DNA of 64,000 nt from an uncultured Gemmatimonadaceae bacterium (GTDB lineage Bacteria; Gemmatimonadota; Gemmatimonadetes; Gemmatimonadales; Gemmatimonadaceae). Position numbers and translations under genes: made by a program. The stretch is taken from the NCBI GenBank assembly GCA_963761305.1, contig CAVXGK010000001.1, positions 576,001-640,000 on the forward strand, written 5' to 3'. The first letter of the stretch is position 1; the number at the start of each line of letters is the position of its first letter. This document shows, piece by piece, positions 51,705 through 61,574 of this stretch. The notes under the pieces were generated by a model, which was given only the letters and a program-made list of their open reading frames with translations, made no database searches and had not been told where the DNA came from.

Positions 51705-52505
51705 TTACGGAGCCGTCGGCTTCGAGTGTACGGCGAACACCGCGCCCTGCGGATCGCTCAGCACGGCGATGCGATCGCCGCCGGGCACTTCCATCGGTCC
51801 GGACAACAGCGTAGCGCCCGCCTGCTGCGCGCGTGCCGCGGCGGCGTCGGCGCTGTCCTCGACGGCGACGTAGTGCAGCCAGTACGGCTCGGCCGGCGAA
51901 TCGCCCGCCTTGTTCATCACGCCACCGTACGTGAATCGGTCGCGCCCGAACATCTGATAGACGCCCGATTCACCCATGTCGAAGTTCCCCTTCACTTCCC
52001 ACCCAAAGAGCTTCTTGTAGAAATCGAACGCGGCGTCGGCGTTCGTCGTGACGAGCTCGTGCCACGAGAACTCGCGAGGCTGCGGATCGTTCTCGTCGCC
52101 GATCGGCGTCGCGCTGGTGATGACGGCGAACGCGACGCCCTGCGGATCGCGCAGGATGCCGAAGCGGCCGACGTTGTCCACTGAGTTCGCCGGAACGACG
52201 ATCGTCGCGCCGAGCTCCTGTGCTCTGGCGATCGTGTCGTCGACGTTTGGGACTTCGATGTACGCGAGCCAGTTGGGCGGCGCGCCCATGTCGGCCGCCT
52301 CCTTCGTCAGCTCCATCAATCCGCCGACCGGCCGCTCGCCGGCCATGAACATCGAGTAGTCGATCGCGCTGGTGTCGTACTTCGTCGTCGTCCAGCCGAC
52401 CACTTTTCCATAGAAGTCCTTCGCGGCGTCCGGGTTCGGCGTCATGAGCTCGTGCCAGACGTAGCGTCCGCGTGTGGTGCTGGTAATCGAAGTGTCGTCA
52501 GCCAT
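51705..52505 (-). CDS. VOC/glyoxalase family two-domain protein (paralog of 20823-21605)
   Basis: YVWHELMT..FY, FSWHELVT, DPQGA. Confidence 0.9.
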   Translation of the reverse strand: MADDTSITSTTRGRYVWHELMTPNPDAAKDFYGKVVGWTTTKYDTSAIDYSMFMAGERPVGGLMELTKEAADMGAPPNWLAYIEVPNVDDTIARAQELGATIVVPANSVDNVGRFGILRDPQGVAFAVITSATPIGDENDPQPREFSWHELVTTNADAAFDFYKKLFGWEVKGNFDMGESGVYQMFGRDRFTYGGVMNKAGDSPAEPYWLHYVAVEDSADAAAARAQQAGATLLSGPMEVPGGDRIAVLSDPQGAVFAVHSKPTAP

Positions 52506-52785
52506 TGGATCTCTCCCTCGAGCAATGTCGGTTGGCAAACGGGTGCCGGGGTTTTGAACCTGCTTCGGTTCCACGCCAGCTTCAATCCCAGCTTGCAAAA
52601 GGATTGCAAACTCGAGGGCGAGCCGTTACACGGCCGCGTTCGTCGCTCGGCACCTGCCGGGCTCGGCCGGATTTTGGATCCTTGGCGCCAACGGGAGAGT
52701 AGGAGCAAGTACGCATATCGAGGGGCTGGGCCCCGGCCACATGACTTGGGCGCTCGCCCCTTCGCATTCACAGGATGGAGTGGTC

Positions 52786-53238
52786 ATGAGAAAACTGTCA
52801 TTCATTGCGGCAATAGCCGTGTCACTGGCCGGTGCTCAGGCCGTTCACGCCCAGGCGCCTCGCGATTCGACGGCGCATCGCTGGGGCGGACGCGGAGGGC
52901 GCGTCGGACCGGGGACGATGGAGCACGCGCTCCTCAAGAACATCTCGCTCAGCGACGCCCAGAAGTCGCAGCTCGCACAGCTCCAGAAGTCCGAGCGGTC
53001 GTCGATGCAGGCCGACGCCAAGTCGGGACGCGCCGATTTCGACGCGATACGCAAGGCGCGCCAATCCGGCGACACCGTGACGGCGAATCGGCTGATGCAG
53101 GAGCAGCGCGCCAGGATGGAACAGCGATTCACGGCGCACACGGCCGCGGTCCGCGCGATGCTCACGCCCGATCAACAGAAACAGCTCGACGCGAACGTCG
53201 CCGAGCTGAAAACACATCAACTGCACCAGCGACGCTAG
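52786..53238 (+). CDS. Spy/CpxP-like periplasmic protein
   Basis: Signal peptide, LSDAQK and LTPDQQ (LTxxQ) motifs; GGAG RBS. Confidence 0.75.
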   Translation: MRKLSFIAAIAVSLAGAQAVHAQAPRDSTAHRWGGRGGRVGPGTMEHALLKNISLSDAQKSQLAQLQKSERSSMQADAKSGRADFDAIRKARQSGDTVTANRLMQEQRARMEQRFTAHTAAVRAMLTPDQQKQLDANVAELKTHQLHQRR

Positions 53239-53303
53239 TCGCCGAACATGAAGGGAACGCCGTCCGGGCTCGTCGAGGGCGGACGGCGCCGCTTACCGCG
53301 AGC

Positions 53304-53681
53304 TCATTTTGGTTTCGCGATTCCGCCGTGGCTCGAGCAGGCGCCTTGCCCGCCCTTGCTCATCGTCCCGTCGGTGCACTTGACCATCGCCGTCTTGGTC
53401 TTGCTGGACGTTTTCGCCTTGGTCGTGTCGGCCGGTTTCGGTGACTTCGGCGTGGAGGTCGCCGCTTTCGTCGTCGTCGTCGAAGCCGATTTCGTTCCGG
53501 CCTTGGTCGTGTCGGACTTCTTCACGCCGCCGTGACTCGAGCATGCGCCGCGGCCCGTCGAGGTGGAGGTCGCGCCGTCGTTGCAGGTCACGGTGCCCGC
53601 CTGCTTCACCTGCGCGCCTGCCGCCGACGTGAGACACGCGAGCGCGACGACTGAGAGGAACGCCGAAACACGCGTACGCAT
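53304..53681 (-). CDS. Secreted Lys/Thr-rich protein with two DUF3761-like CxDG..GACSSHGG repeats
   Basis: CNDGATSTSTGRGACSSHGG and CTDGTMSKGGQGACSSHGG; AGGAG RBS. Confidence 0.72.
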   Translation of the reverse strand: MRTRVSAFLSVVALACLTSAAGAQVKQAGTVTCNDGATSTSTGRGACSSHGGVKKSDTTKAGTKSASTTTTKAATSTPKSPKPADTTKAKTSSKTKTAMVKCTDGTMSKGGQGACSSHGGIAKPK

Positions 53682-53763
53682 AGCTGATCTCCTGGTTGAG
53701 GCAGGTGGATGGTCGACGACTCGCCCTGTTCGACCTTGTCGCCGGAGCAAACGTCACACGCCG

Positions 53764-56526
53764 CTACGACGCCGCCGGCGACCGCTCCCTCTTCACGAAC
53801 GACTGCTGCGCCGAGTCGCCGGCCCGTTCGCGCGATTCGTAGTTGCCGTCGGGCCGCAGCTCCCACGCGGTCGGATCATCGAGGTACAGCGCGAGGATGT
53901 CGTCGAGTCGGCGGCGATGGTCGGCGGAATCGATCGGCACGAGCACCTCGACTCGCCGCCGCAGATTTCGCGGCCGGAGGTCTGCCGAGCCGATGAAGTA
54001 CCGCGGCGTGCCGCCGTTCGCGAAGCGATAGATCCGCGAGTGCTCGAGGAACCGCCCGACGATCGACGACACGCGGATCCGCTCGCTGCGCCCGGGAATC
54101 CCCGGACGGAGCGTGCAGATTCCGCGCACCACGAGATCGATCTCCACTCCGTCGCTCGACGCGCGATACAGCGCGCGTGCGACGTCGGGGTCCGAGAGTC
54201 CGTTGATCTTCGCCGTGATTCGTGCCGGGCGGCCCGCTCGCGCGTGCGCCGCTTCGCGATCGATTTGTTCGATGATGCCCGGCAACAGATGCTGGGGCGC
54301 GACGAGCAACGACCGTTTGGTGCGGCGCGGAGCCGCCGACACGCCGGTCAGTTCGTTGAACAGATCGGCGACGTCGTCCGCGATCTCGTCGTTCGTCGTG
54401 AACAGGCTCAGATCGGTGTACTGCTCGCCCGATCGCGTGTTGTAATTCCCGGTGCCGATGTGCACGTAGCGCTTGAGCGCTCCCGCCGCGCCGCCCGGGT
54501 CACGCCGGACGACCAGCGTCACCTTCGCGTGGTTCTTGAAGCCGACGATGCCGCGAACGACGTGGCCGCCCGCCGCCTCGAGCGCGCGCGCCCACCCGAC
54601 GTTGACCTCCTCGTCGAAGCGCGCCTTGAGCTCCACGAACACGGTGACCGCCTTGCCCCCTCTTGCCGCGGCGAGCAACGCATCGGCGATCGGCGACGGA
54701 GTGCCGATGCGATACAGCGTCATCTTGATCGCCGCCACGTCCGGATCGGCCGACGCTTCGCGCAGGAACCGCACGACGGTCTCGCCGAACGAATCGAATG
54801 GATGATGCGCCAATACGTCTCCCGCGGCGAGCGCCGCGAAGACGGTCGCGTCAGCGGCGAAGGGCCGACCCGCCGCGAACGGCGGATACGACCCGTCGGC
54901 ACGCGCCGGAAACCGCAGATGCGTCACGCCACGCAGGTCCAACAGGCCATCGGTTTCATCCACGTCTGGCAAGGGTGGCGCGCCGGCCGCCGCTTGCTCG
55001 CGTCGCACGTTCTCGAGCAACAGCGCGCGCACGATCGCCGGCATTCCGCGTTCGACCTCGAGGCGCACCGCGACCCCCTGGCCGCGCGACGTTGTCGCCC
55101 GCTCGACTTCCTCGAGCAGGTCGTCGGCGTGCTCTTCGTCGAGCTCGATCTCCGCGCTCCGCGTCACGCGAAACGCGTACGCGTGTTCGACGGTGGCGTC
55201 CGGATACAACGCGTCGAGGTTGCCTCGGATGACTTCTTCGATCGGGACGAACGTTTTCGCGCCCTCGTTCTCGCCGCCCGCGGCGAAAAAGCGCGGCAGC
55301 GTCGCCGGTAGCTCGAGCTCCGCGAAGCGCGGCGGACCGCCGGCCCGCTGCCGGAGAATGACCGCCATCGAAAGCGACAGGTGTCCGAGGCGCGGCAATG
55401 GGTGGCCCGGACTCAGCGTCATGGCGAACGGCGTCAGGAGCGGCTGGATCTCATCGCGGAAACGATCGGCGAGCGCCGCCCGGCCCGCCTCCGGCAACGC
55501 CTCCCACGTCGCGACGTTGACTCCCATCGACGTCATCACCGCGCGACAACGGTCGAAGCAGACCGCCTGACGGGCGGAGATCGACGCGGCCGCTTCCGCA
55601 ACCGCCGCGACCTCCGCGGCGGCCGACAACCCGTCGTCGGCGCGCTCGCCGGGCTCGTCGCGAGTGGAGGCGAGCAGCCCGGCCATTCGCACCATGAAGA
55701 ACTCGTCCACGTTCGCGCCGACGATCGACAAAAATCGCAAACGTTCGCGAAGCGGCGTCGACTCGTCCTCGACCAGCGACAGCACGCGATGCTGGAACGC
55801 CAGCAGGCTCAACTCGGCGTTGAAGAATTCGGGTCCGTCGCCGTCGGACATCGGAACCGGTGCGCGCAGGAAGCGGTCGGAATACGCCGCGCCGCGCGGC
55901 ATGTCCTCGAGGCGCGCCCACTTGATTGCCAACTCCGCCCGCTCGTGCGTCGACACGGCGGACCGGCGAACGCCGTGATCCTGCTCGAGCGCGTGCTCGA
56001 GCAGCTGCAATTCGGACGCGTCGCCCCGCAGGCAATGCGCGCACATCTGATAGAATCGCGCGGCGGTTCCGTTGCGGCGCACGGTGACGCGATCCAGGTG
56101 CACGCTGAGCCGCGGCCGGCGCAACCAGTCGAGCGACGCGCGCCGCGTGAGGCGGTCCACCTCGAGATCGACGCGCACTTCGAGCAGCGACGGATCCACG
56201 ATGCCGCGAATCCGCTTCGACACGACGGTCTCCGCCGCCATCGCCGACTGCGCGTCGCCGGCCGCGACGCGCGCGTCGACGCGCGTCTCACCGCCGTCCG
56301 GTTCGCCGCCGGCGATCCGCAGGGAGAGCGCCGCGCCGCCTTTGGCGTCGAGCCGCAGCCGGCACACCACGCCTCGCCGACGGAGCGAATCGTCGACCGT
56401 GTCGAGATACAGATCGCGATGCAGCGAGCGACGCGCTTCGCCGGCGGCGATTCCCGGGGGCAACGGCCCTGAGGCGAGCGCGCCGAGTTGGTCAGCGGAC
56501 AGCAACTCGCACCGAAACTCGGTCAT
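53764..56526 (-). CDS. ppk1: Polyphosphate kinase 1 with N-terminal CYTH-like domain
   Basis: FNAELSLLAF, NVDEFFMVR, HHPFDSF, ELKARFDE, KNHAK, GTGNYN, GRFLEHSR; N-terminal ~220 aa with DLYLDT.D.SLRRRGVVCRLR. Confidence 0.92.
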   Translation of the reverse strand: MTEFRCELLSADQLGALASGPLPPGIAAGEARRSLHRDLYLDTVDDSLRRRGVVCRLRLDAKGGAALSLRIAGGEPDGGETRVDARVAAGDAQSAMAAETVVSKRIRGIVDPSLLEVRVDLEVDRLTRRASLDWLRRPRLSVHLDRVTVRRNGTAARFYQMCAHCLRGDASELQLLEHALEQDHGVRRSAVSTHERAELAIKWARLEDMPRGAAYSDRFLRAPVPMSDGDGPEFFNAELSLLAFQHRVLSLVEDESTPLRERLRFLSIVGANVDEFFMVRMAGLLASTRDEPGERADDGLSAAAEVAAVAEAAASISARQAVCFDRCRAVMTSMGVNVATWEALPEAGRAALADRFRDEIQPLLTPFAMTLSPGHPLPRLGHLSLSMAVILRQRAGGPPRFAELELPATLPRFFAAGGENEGAKTFVPIEEVIRGNLDALYPDATVEHAYAFRVTRSAEIELDEEHADDLLEEVERATTSRGQGVAVRLEVERGMPAIVRALLLENVRREQAAAGAPPLPDVDETDGLLDLRGVTHLRFPARADGSYPPFAAGRPFAADATVFAALAAGDVLAHHPFDSFGETVVRFLREASADPDVAAIKMTLYRIGTPSPIADALLAAARGGKAVTVFVELKARFDEEVNVGWARALEAAGGHVVRGIVGFKNHAKVTLVVRRDPGGAAGALKRYVHIGTGNYNTRSGEQYTDLSLFTTNDEIADDVADLFNELTGVSAAPRRTKRSLLVAPQHLLPGIIEQIDREAAHARAGRPARITAKINGLSDPDVARALYRASSDGVEIDLVVRGICTLRPGIPGRSERIRVSSIVGRFLEHSRIYRFANGGTPRYFIGSADLRPRNLRRRVEVLVPIDSADHRRRLDDILALYLDDPTAWELRPDGNYESRERAGDSAQQSFVKRERSPAAS

Positions 56527-56574
56527 GCCCGCATCATAGCCGCCCGGGGCGGGAGGCAGGAACCGGCGACTCGT

Positions 56575-57708
56575 TCAGCGCTTGCCGAGGCAAGCCTCGA
56601 CGATGTCGGATTTGGCGTTCTTCGGGTTGTCGATCGTCTTGTAGAACTCGTCGAGGTATTTGGTCGTCTCGTCGACGATCTTCGGCTGCAGCAGCGCACC
56701 GACTTTGTCGTGGTAGAGCGCGTAGATCGCGTCCTTCTTGGAGTCGAACAGCGCGAACGCCTTCGGGTATTCCGCGTCGGGAGCGCAATAGCCGCGATAC
56801 AGCCGGTCGCGAACGACATGGATCCGCAGGTGAGGGTCGGTGGTGGCGTAGCGTGCGTTCACCAGCCCGGAGAAATCGAAGTCCCGGGCGATCGGAATAG
56901 GATCTGTTCCGTCAGTCTTGGTGAACAACTCGATGTTGTGGAGTCCCGACACCGAAAAGTCGGTGTTCCCGATGAGATATTCGAAGACTCCCATCATGAC
57001 CATCGGACCGGGCTGCATGTCATCGGGCCCGGCGCCCTTGATGTCGAGAAGCTTGCCGCCGAGGCGGGCCGCCATGCGCCCGGGATCCTCGGAAATGAAG
57101 GCGTAGCGGGTCGTCAACGGTTTGCCGCTCGCGCTATCGACGTACGTGACGCGCAGCGCGCGAGCCGCGTGCGTGTTGTGCGTGATCGTCCAGTAGATCC
57201 GCCACGCCTGCAACTCCTGCAGCACGTACTGTTCGTACGTGTCGTCGTCGCGGCAGAAGTTGGTGAGCTTCGGCTTGTTCAACCCGGCGAAGATCGTCTT
57301 CTTCGTGTTGTCCTTGGAGAAGTCGAGCCGGATCGGCGGGAACTCGCAGTGATTGAGACGCCAGATGCCGTGCGTCTTGAGCTTGAGCGACAGCACCTCC
57401 GGCGCCGACGCGCCGGGCGGCGTGTATGCGATCGTCGCGTCGCGCCACGGTGCCTGGTCGTCCTTGTCGCCGCGGATGCGCTTGATGTTCAACGTCAGCG
57501 TGATCGGCAGCGGATCTTCGCTGGCGAAGAACTTGGAGAGCGGCGCCGTGTCGTCGGGCGCCCGATCGGGCTTCGCCGCTTTGGGCTTCTTCGTCGTTCC
57601 CTGCTGCTGCTGGCCGACGGCGGGCTGCATGGCGCACAGCCCCGCGCCGATGGCGAGGAGCGCGGAAGCCGCCCACAGTCGCCAAGGAACGCCTCGATGC
57701 TCGATCAC
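56575..57708 (-). CDS. Secreted CotH-like atypical kinase-fold protein
   Basis: Signal peptide; LKTHG..R, EL.AWRIY, IGNTD..HN, PIARDFDFSG resembling CotH motifs. Confidence 0.6.
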   Translation of the reverse strand: MIEHRGVPWRLWAASALLAIGAGLCAMQPAVGQQQQGTTKKPKAAKPDRAPDDTAPLSKFFASEDPLPITLTLNIKRIRGDKDDQAPWRDATIAYTPPGASAPEVLSLKLKTHGIWRLNHCEFPPIRLDFSKDNTKKTIFAGLNKPKLTNFCRDDDTYEQYVLQELQAWRIYWTITHNTHAARALRVTYVDSASGKPLTTRYAFISEDPGRMAARLGGKLLDIKGAGPDDMQPGPMVMMGVFEYLIGNTDFSVSGLHNIELFTKTDGTDPIPIARDFDFSGLVNARYATTDPHLRIHVVRDRLYRGYCAPDAEYPKAFALFDSKKDAIYALYHDKVGALLQPKIVDETTKYLDEFYKTIDNPKNAKSDIVEACLGKR

Positions 57709-57749
57709 GTGATCTCCCGCGCGGATGAGGTGGAGAGACAGCGGGTACG

Positions 57750-58790
57750 CTACAACAGCTCGGCCTCGACCATGTTCCTTCCACCGGCGACGCGCAGCAA
57801 CGCCAGCAGCTCGTCGGGGCCACTTTTCTTTTTCGGCATAATGACGTAGTCGATCACCGTCGTGCCGTCGTCGGAATCCGCCAGCGCGGCGAGCTCCCAT
57901 TTCTTGGTCGCGTCGTCGAGCCGCGCCTCGAGCACCGGCTGGGTCATCATCGGCTCGGTGATCCGCACGCGAATCCGGCATTCCACCTTGTCGCCGTCAC
58001 GCTCCTCGGCGTCCGGGCTGTGCTCGCGAGCGCGGCGCCACGCGCGCTGGGCGATGCCCTCGAGCTGCTCGGAGGTCATCTCGCTCAGCACCTCGTCTTC
58101 GATGCGCGCCACGAAGGTGCCCGTCCGCGCCAATTCGCGGGCGCGCTGGAGTCGCCGCTCGCCGAGCTTGCCGTCGAGCGCCACCGGCGTGCGACCGAAA
58201 TCCGCGGTCCACAGCGCGAAGATGAGCGCGTTGAAGGCGACCGAGATCACCGCCGCCACGGGAAGGTCCACGGCGGCGGCGATGCCAAGTCCCATCATCA
58301 GGAAGATGTAGGCGGCGTCCTTGCTGTCGTCCAACGTGTTTCGGAATCGAACCGCCGCCGCGATGCCGCCCAGGCTGAAGGCCAGCGGGAGGCTGTACTT
58401 CACCATCGCGACGATGCCCGCGACGACGACCGGCAGCACGATGAGAAGTTGAACGACCGATTGCTGATAACCGCGGCGCGACCGAGTCAGCGTGTACACC
58501 CAGGCGACCGGCAGCGACAGCAGCGCCGAGCCGAGCATCGCCAGCGCCACCGTCGCCGCCAGCGTTCCCTGTCCGACTTCGGGGAGAATGACGTTCTTGC
58601 CGGTGCTCCGGACCGCGTCCGGACCGGTTCCGAACAGCGCGTCGAGCGACGTGTCGGTGATGACGTGCGTGCGCGGCAGATACCGCCACGCCAGCGCGCC
58701 GGCGACCGCCAGCCCGATGTAGTAGAGGATGACCCTCAGTATGACTCTGTTGGCGGGCGTTGCGGCTGGCGCAACCGTCCTCGTAGCCAT
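57750..58790 (-). CDS. DUF4956 family membrane protein
   Basis: LAFSLGGIAAAVRFRNTLDDSKDAAYIF..GLGIA signature; several TM segments plus soluble C-terminus. Confidence 0.8.
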   Translation of the reverse strand: MATRTVAPAATPANRVILRVILYYIGLAVAGALAWRYLPRTHVITDTSLDALFGTGPDAVRSTGKNVILPEVGQGTLAATVALAMLGSALLSLPVAWVYTLTRSRRGYQQSVVQLLIVLPVVVAGIVAMVKYSLPLAFSLGGIAAAVRFRNTLDDSKDAAYIFLMMGLGIAAAVDLPVAAVISVAFNALIFALWTADFGRTPVALDGKLGERRLQRARELARTGTFVARIEDEVLSEMTSEQLEGIAQRAWRRAREHSPDAEERDGDKVECRIRVRITEPMMTQPVLEARLDDATKKWELAALADSDDGTTVIDYVIMPKKKSGPDELLALLRVAGGRNMVEAELL

Positions 58791-58885
58791 GCGCGGACGT
58801 CCCGAGTTCGGGGAGGCGAGACTAGCGCCCCAAAAATCGCCACCGACGCCGCCGTCCGCTAGCTCACGAGGTCGTTATTTCGCCC

Positions 58886-59461
58886 TTAACCCGACGGCGG
58901 CCGCGCTCCGCGGCCGGATCCGCCGCTCTTCCGCGCATCCTCATCCTCGATTCTCTGTTCTGCTGCCGCCTCCAGCGCGTGCGCCTGGTCCAACTGCTTC
59001 GACGACAAGAGCGCGTAGGCCTGATCGCGACCCGACGCGTTGTTTTCCCGAACCGCCGCGGTCACGTCGCGCACGAGCGAATGCGCCTCGTTCAATGAAT
59101 CCCGGCGCTCGGCGCTCCCTTCGCTGAACACGGGGCCGTTCTTGAACAGCCGCTGGACCGAGTCGAGCTTGCGCAACAACGGCGAGTTGGTGGAGTCGAG
59201 CGTGCGCTTGATGGCGATGACGCGCATGAACTGCGTGTCCGACAGCGCGAGGTCCTGCCGGTGTTGGACGAGCAGGTTGACGGCATTCACGACTTCGGGG
59301 ATGTCGACCCCCGCCGCTCGTGGAAGCGCCGACGCGCCGCGGTTGCTCCCGCCCCGGCCGCCGCGGCCCATTCCCCCCTGTGCGGCCGCCGCGTCCGGCG
59401 ACGCGCTGACCAGCGCAACCGCCAGCATGATCGCGCTCGACACCGACCTGTAGCTCACCAT
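58886..59461 (-). CDS. Secreted helical hypothetical protein (Spy-like LSxxQ motifs)
   Basis: Signal peptide, Gly/Arg tract, LALSDTQ, LLSSKQ. Confidence 0.6.
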   Translation of the reverse strand: MVSYRSVSSAIMLAVALVSASPDAAAAQGGMGRGGRGGSNRGASALPRAAGVDIPEVVNAVNLLVQHRQDLALSDTQFMRVIAIKRTLDSTNSPLLRKLDSVQRLFKNGPVFSEGSAERRDSLNEAHSLVRDVTAAVRENNASGRDQAYALLSSKQLDQAHALEAAAEQRIEDEDARKSGGSGRGARPPSG

Positions 59462-59568
59462 TTCCGCGCCTTTGTGAACCGAAGAACAAACACACCCGTG
59501 CCACCATGAATGACACGGGTGCGCCCGACTGCCCCGACCCGGCTCGGCCGCTACAGCTCGTACGGCTG

Positions 59569-59919
59569 CTACTGCACCAGGACAGACCCCGTCTGCCCAT
59601 GGATGGTACAGCTGTACGCGAACGTTCCCGCCGTGCCGAACGTCCGGCTGAACGTAGCGCCTCCCGTCAGATTCGCCGAAGCCGTATCCGCGAACGTGAC
59701 GTTGTGCGCGGTGCCCCCGGAATTCCAGGTCCACGTGACCGTGGTGCCGACCGGAACTTGGATGTTGGCCGGATCAAAGAAGTCGTTTCCGACGGAAACC
59801 TGATTGGTCTGCACGGGCGGACCCGACGCCCCCCCACCACTCGGACTTGTCGAGTCACTGCCGCACGCGGCAACCGCAACGATCGCGGTGATCGCGAAAA
59901 GAGCCCAAACCTTACGCAT
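59569..59919 (-). CDS. Cupredoxin-like lipoprotein
   Basis: Lipobox VAAC, FDPANIQV..GTTVTW, AHNV, YSCTIHGQTG. Confidence 0.8.
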   Translation of the reverse strand: MRKVWALFAITAIVAVAACGSDSTSPSGGGASGPPVQTNQVSVGNDFFDPANIQVPVGTTVTWTWNSGGTAHNVTFADTASANLTGGATFSRTFGTAGTFAYSCTIHGQTGSVLVQ

Positions 59920-60016
59920 GTCCCTCTCCCGATGATTGAAGACGACACCCTCTTCGATATCCACGCATCGGGAGGCGGGTTCCGGACTTCACGAATCGGC
60001 GGTCAAGATCCGGCAA

Positions 60017-61354
60017 TCAGGTGAAGAGATCTTCGCGCGTCGGCGGCAGGTTGGTTTTGCCGCGGCAGGGCTTCGACAGCAGCGTTTGCAGAACGTTCAA
60101 GTCGCCGCGCGCGAACCCGCGTTCCGCCGCCGTCATGTAGAGCTGCCACACGCGAAATGCCGGCTCGCCGACGAGCGCGATGGCGCGATGCCGGCACCGG
60201 TCGAGCCTCGCGATCCATTCGCCGAGCGTTCGCGCGTAGTGCTCACGAAGGCTCTCCACGTCGCGCGTTTCAAACCCCACGGCTTCGGCCGCGGAAACCA
60301 CGGCGTGAAACGGCCCGAGTTTCCCGTCCGGAAATACGTACTGGTCGATGAATGCGTCGGCCCGCCAGAGTCGACGTAGCACGGACTCGCGCCAACCCAT
60401 CGGATGCGCCGCTTGCACGCTCACGATCCCGTGATTGAGAAAGAGTCCACCCGGAACGAGCGCGCCGAACGCCGACGCGAAGTAGTCCGCGAGGTGATCC
60501 ACGCCGACGTGCTCGACCATGCCGACGCTCGCCATCTTGTCGAACGGCCCGAGCGCGGCGACGTCGCGATAGTCGCGCAGTTCGACGCGGCACGAGTCCG
60601 ACAGGCCGGCTGCGTCGATGCGCTCCCTGGCGAGCTCGGCCTGTTGCGTACTCAGCGTGACGCCCGTCGCGCGCACGCCGTAGTGCGACGTCGCGTGCAG
60701 CAGGAGCGCCCCCCAACCACATCCGATGTCGAGGAATCGTTCGCCGGGTTGGAGTCGCAGCTTTCGGCAGACGAGATCGAGTTTCGCCTCCTGAGCCTCG
60801 TCGAGCGTGTCGTCGTCGTGCTGGAAATAGGCGCACGAATACACAAGGCGCCGGTCGAGCCATAGCTGGTAGAACTCATTGCCGACGTCGTAGTGGTAGC
60901 TGATCGCCGCGCGATCGCGCGACGGGTCGTGCTTGTTCCCCGCCGGCGTCACCTTCGCCGCCGCACGCCGGCCGCGCACGTCGGTCTTCCCGTTTCGATG
61001 CGGGCTTGGGAGCGACAACAGGTCGCGCGTCAGCGACAGCAGCGCTCGCGCCGAGGAGAGTCGTCGCTTGATCGCTTCACCCAGGGCGACGGCCGCCGCG
61101 AGCTGGCCCTCCACGTCGACCACGCCGGACAAATAGGCTTCGACGATCGAGAGCTCGCTGGGCGGCAGCAGCATCTGCCGCAAGGCCGACGGCGTTCTGA
61201 GGACGAGCGTAAACGGAGCCGGGTCGATCCCGGCCTCCTCGACGGTTCCGTCCCAGTAGCGCACGCCGAACGCGCGCTCGACCGGGGGACCGAACAGTAT
61301 GCCGACGGCGTGCTGGCTACGTGGAAGTGCCGATCCCGCGTCGTGCCGATCCAC
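60017..61354 (-). CDS. cfa: Cyclopropane-fatty-acyl-phospholipid synthase family methyltransferase (start uncertain)
   Basis: YHYDVGNEFY, YSCAYF, LDIGCGWG, SVGMVEHVG, YVFPDG, HYARTL. Confidence 0.9.
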   Translation of the reverse strand: MDRHDAGSALPRSQHAVGILFGPPVERAFGVRYWDGTVEEAGIDPAPFTLVLRTPSALRQMLLPPSELSIVEAYLSGVVDVEGQLAAAVALGEAIKRRLSSARALLSLTRDLLSLPSPHRNGKTDVRGRRAAAKVTPAGNKHDPSRDRAAISYHYDVGNEFYQLWLDRRLVYSCAYFQHDDDTLDEAQEAKLDLVCRKLRLQPGERFLDIGCGWGALLLHATSHYGVRATGVTLSTQQAELARERIDAAGLSDSCRVELRDYRDVAALGPFDKMASVGMVEHVGVDHLADYFASAFGALVPGGLFLNHGIVSVQAAHPMGWRESVLRRLWRADAFIDQYVFPDGKLGPFHAVVSAAEAVGFETRDVESLREHYARTLGEWIARLDRCRHRAIALVGEPAFRVWQLYMTAAERGFARGDLNVLQTLLSKPCRGKTNLPPTREDLFT

Positions 61355-61574
61355 GTCGCTATCGCCTGAGCGATCGCATGATTTCGATATCGCGTTTGCG
61401 CGGTGGTGTCGCAAGACACAGCACATGGTGGACCAACGTCACCGGCGGGCGGACCGGACGGCAATCGTCGCGTGCGCTTCCGCTCGCCTGGATGGAGCGG
61501 GCGCATCCCCTTCCCGCGCACGCGGCAGCGATCCAGAATTGAGCCGTTCCCCTCGTGCCCAATCAGGAGGCCCG

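Noticed and set aside
52506..52785. tRNA/ncRNA or second LytTR box in the divergent intergenic region
   Set aside because: No cloverleaf; only one CGTTCGTCGC half-site without a phased partner.
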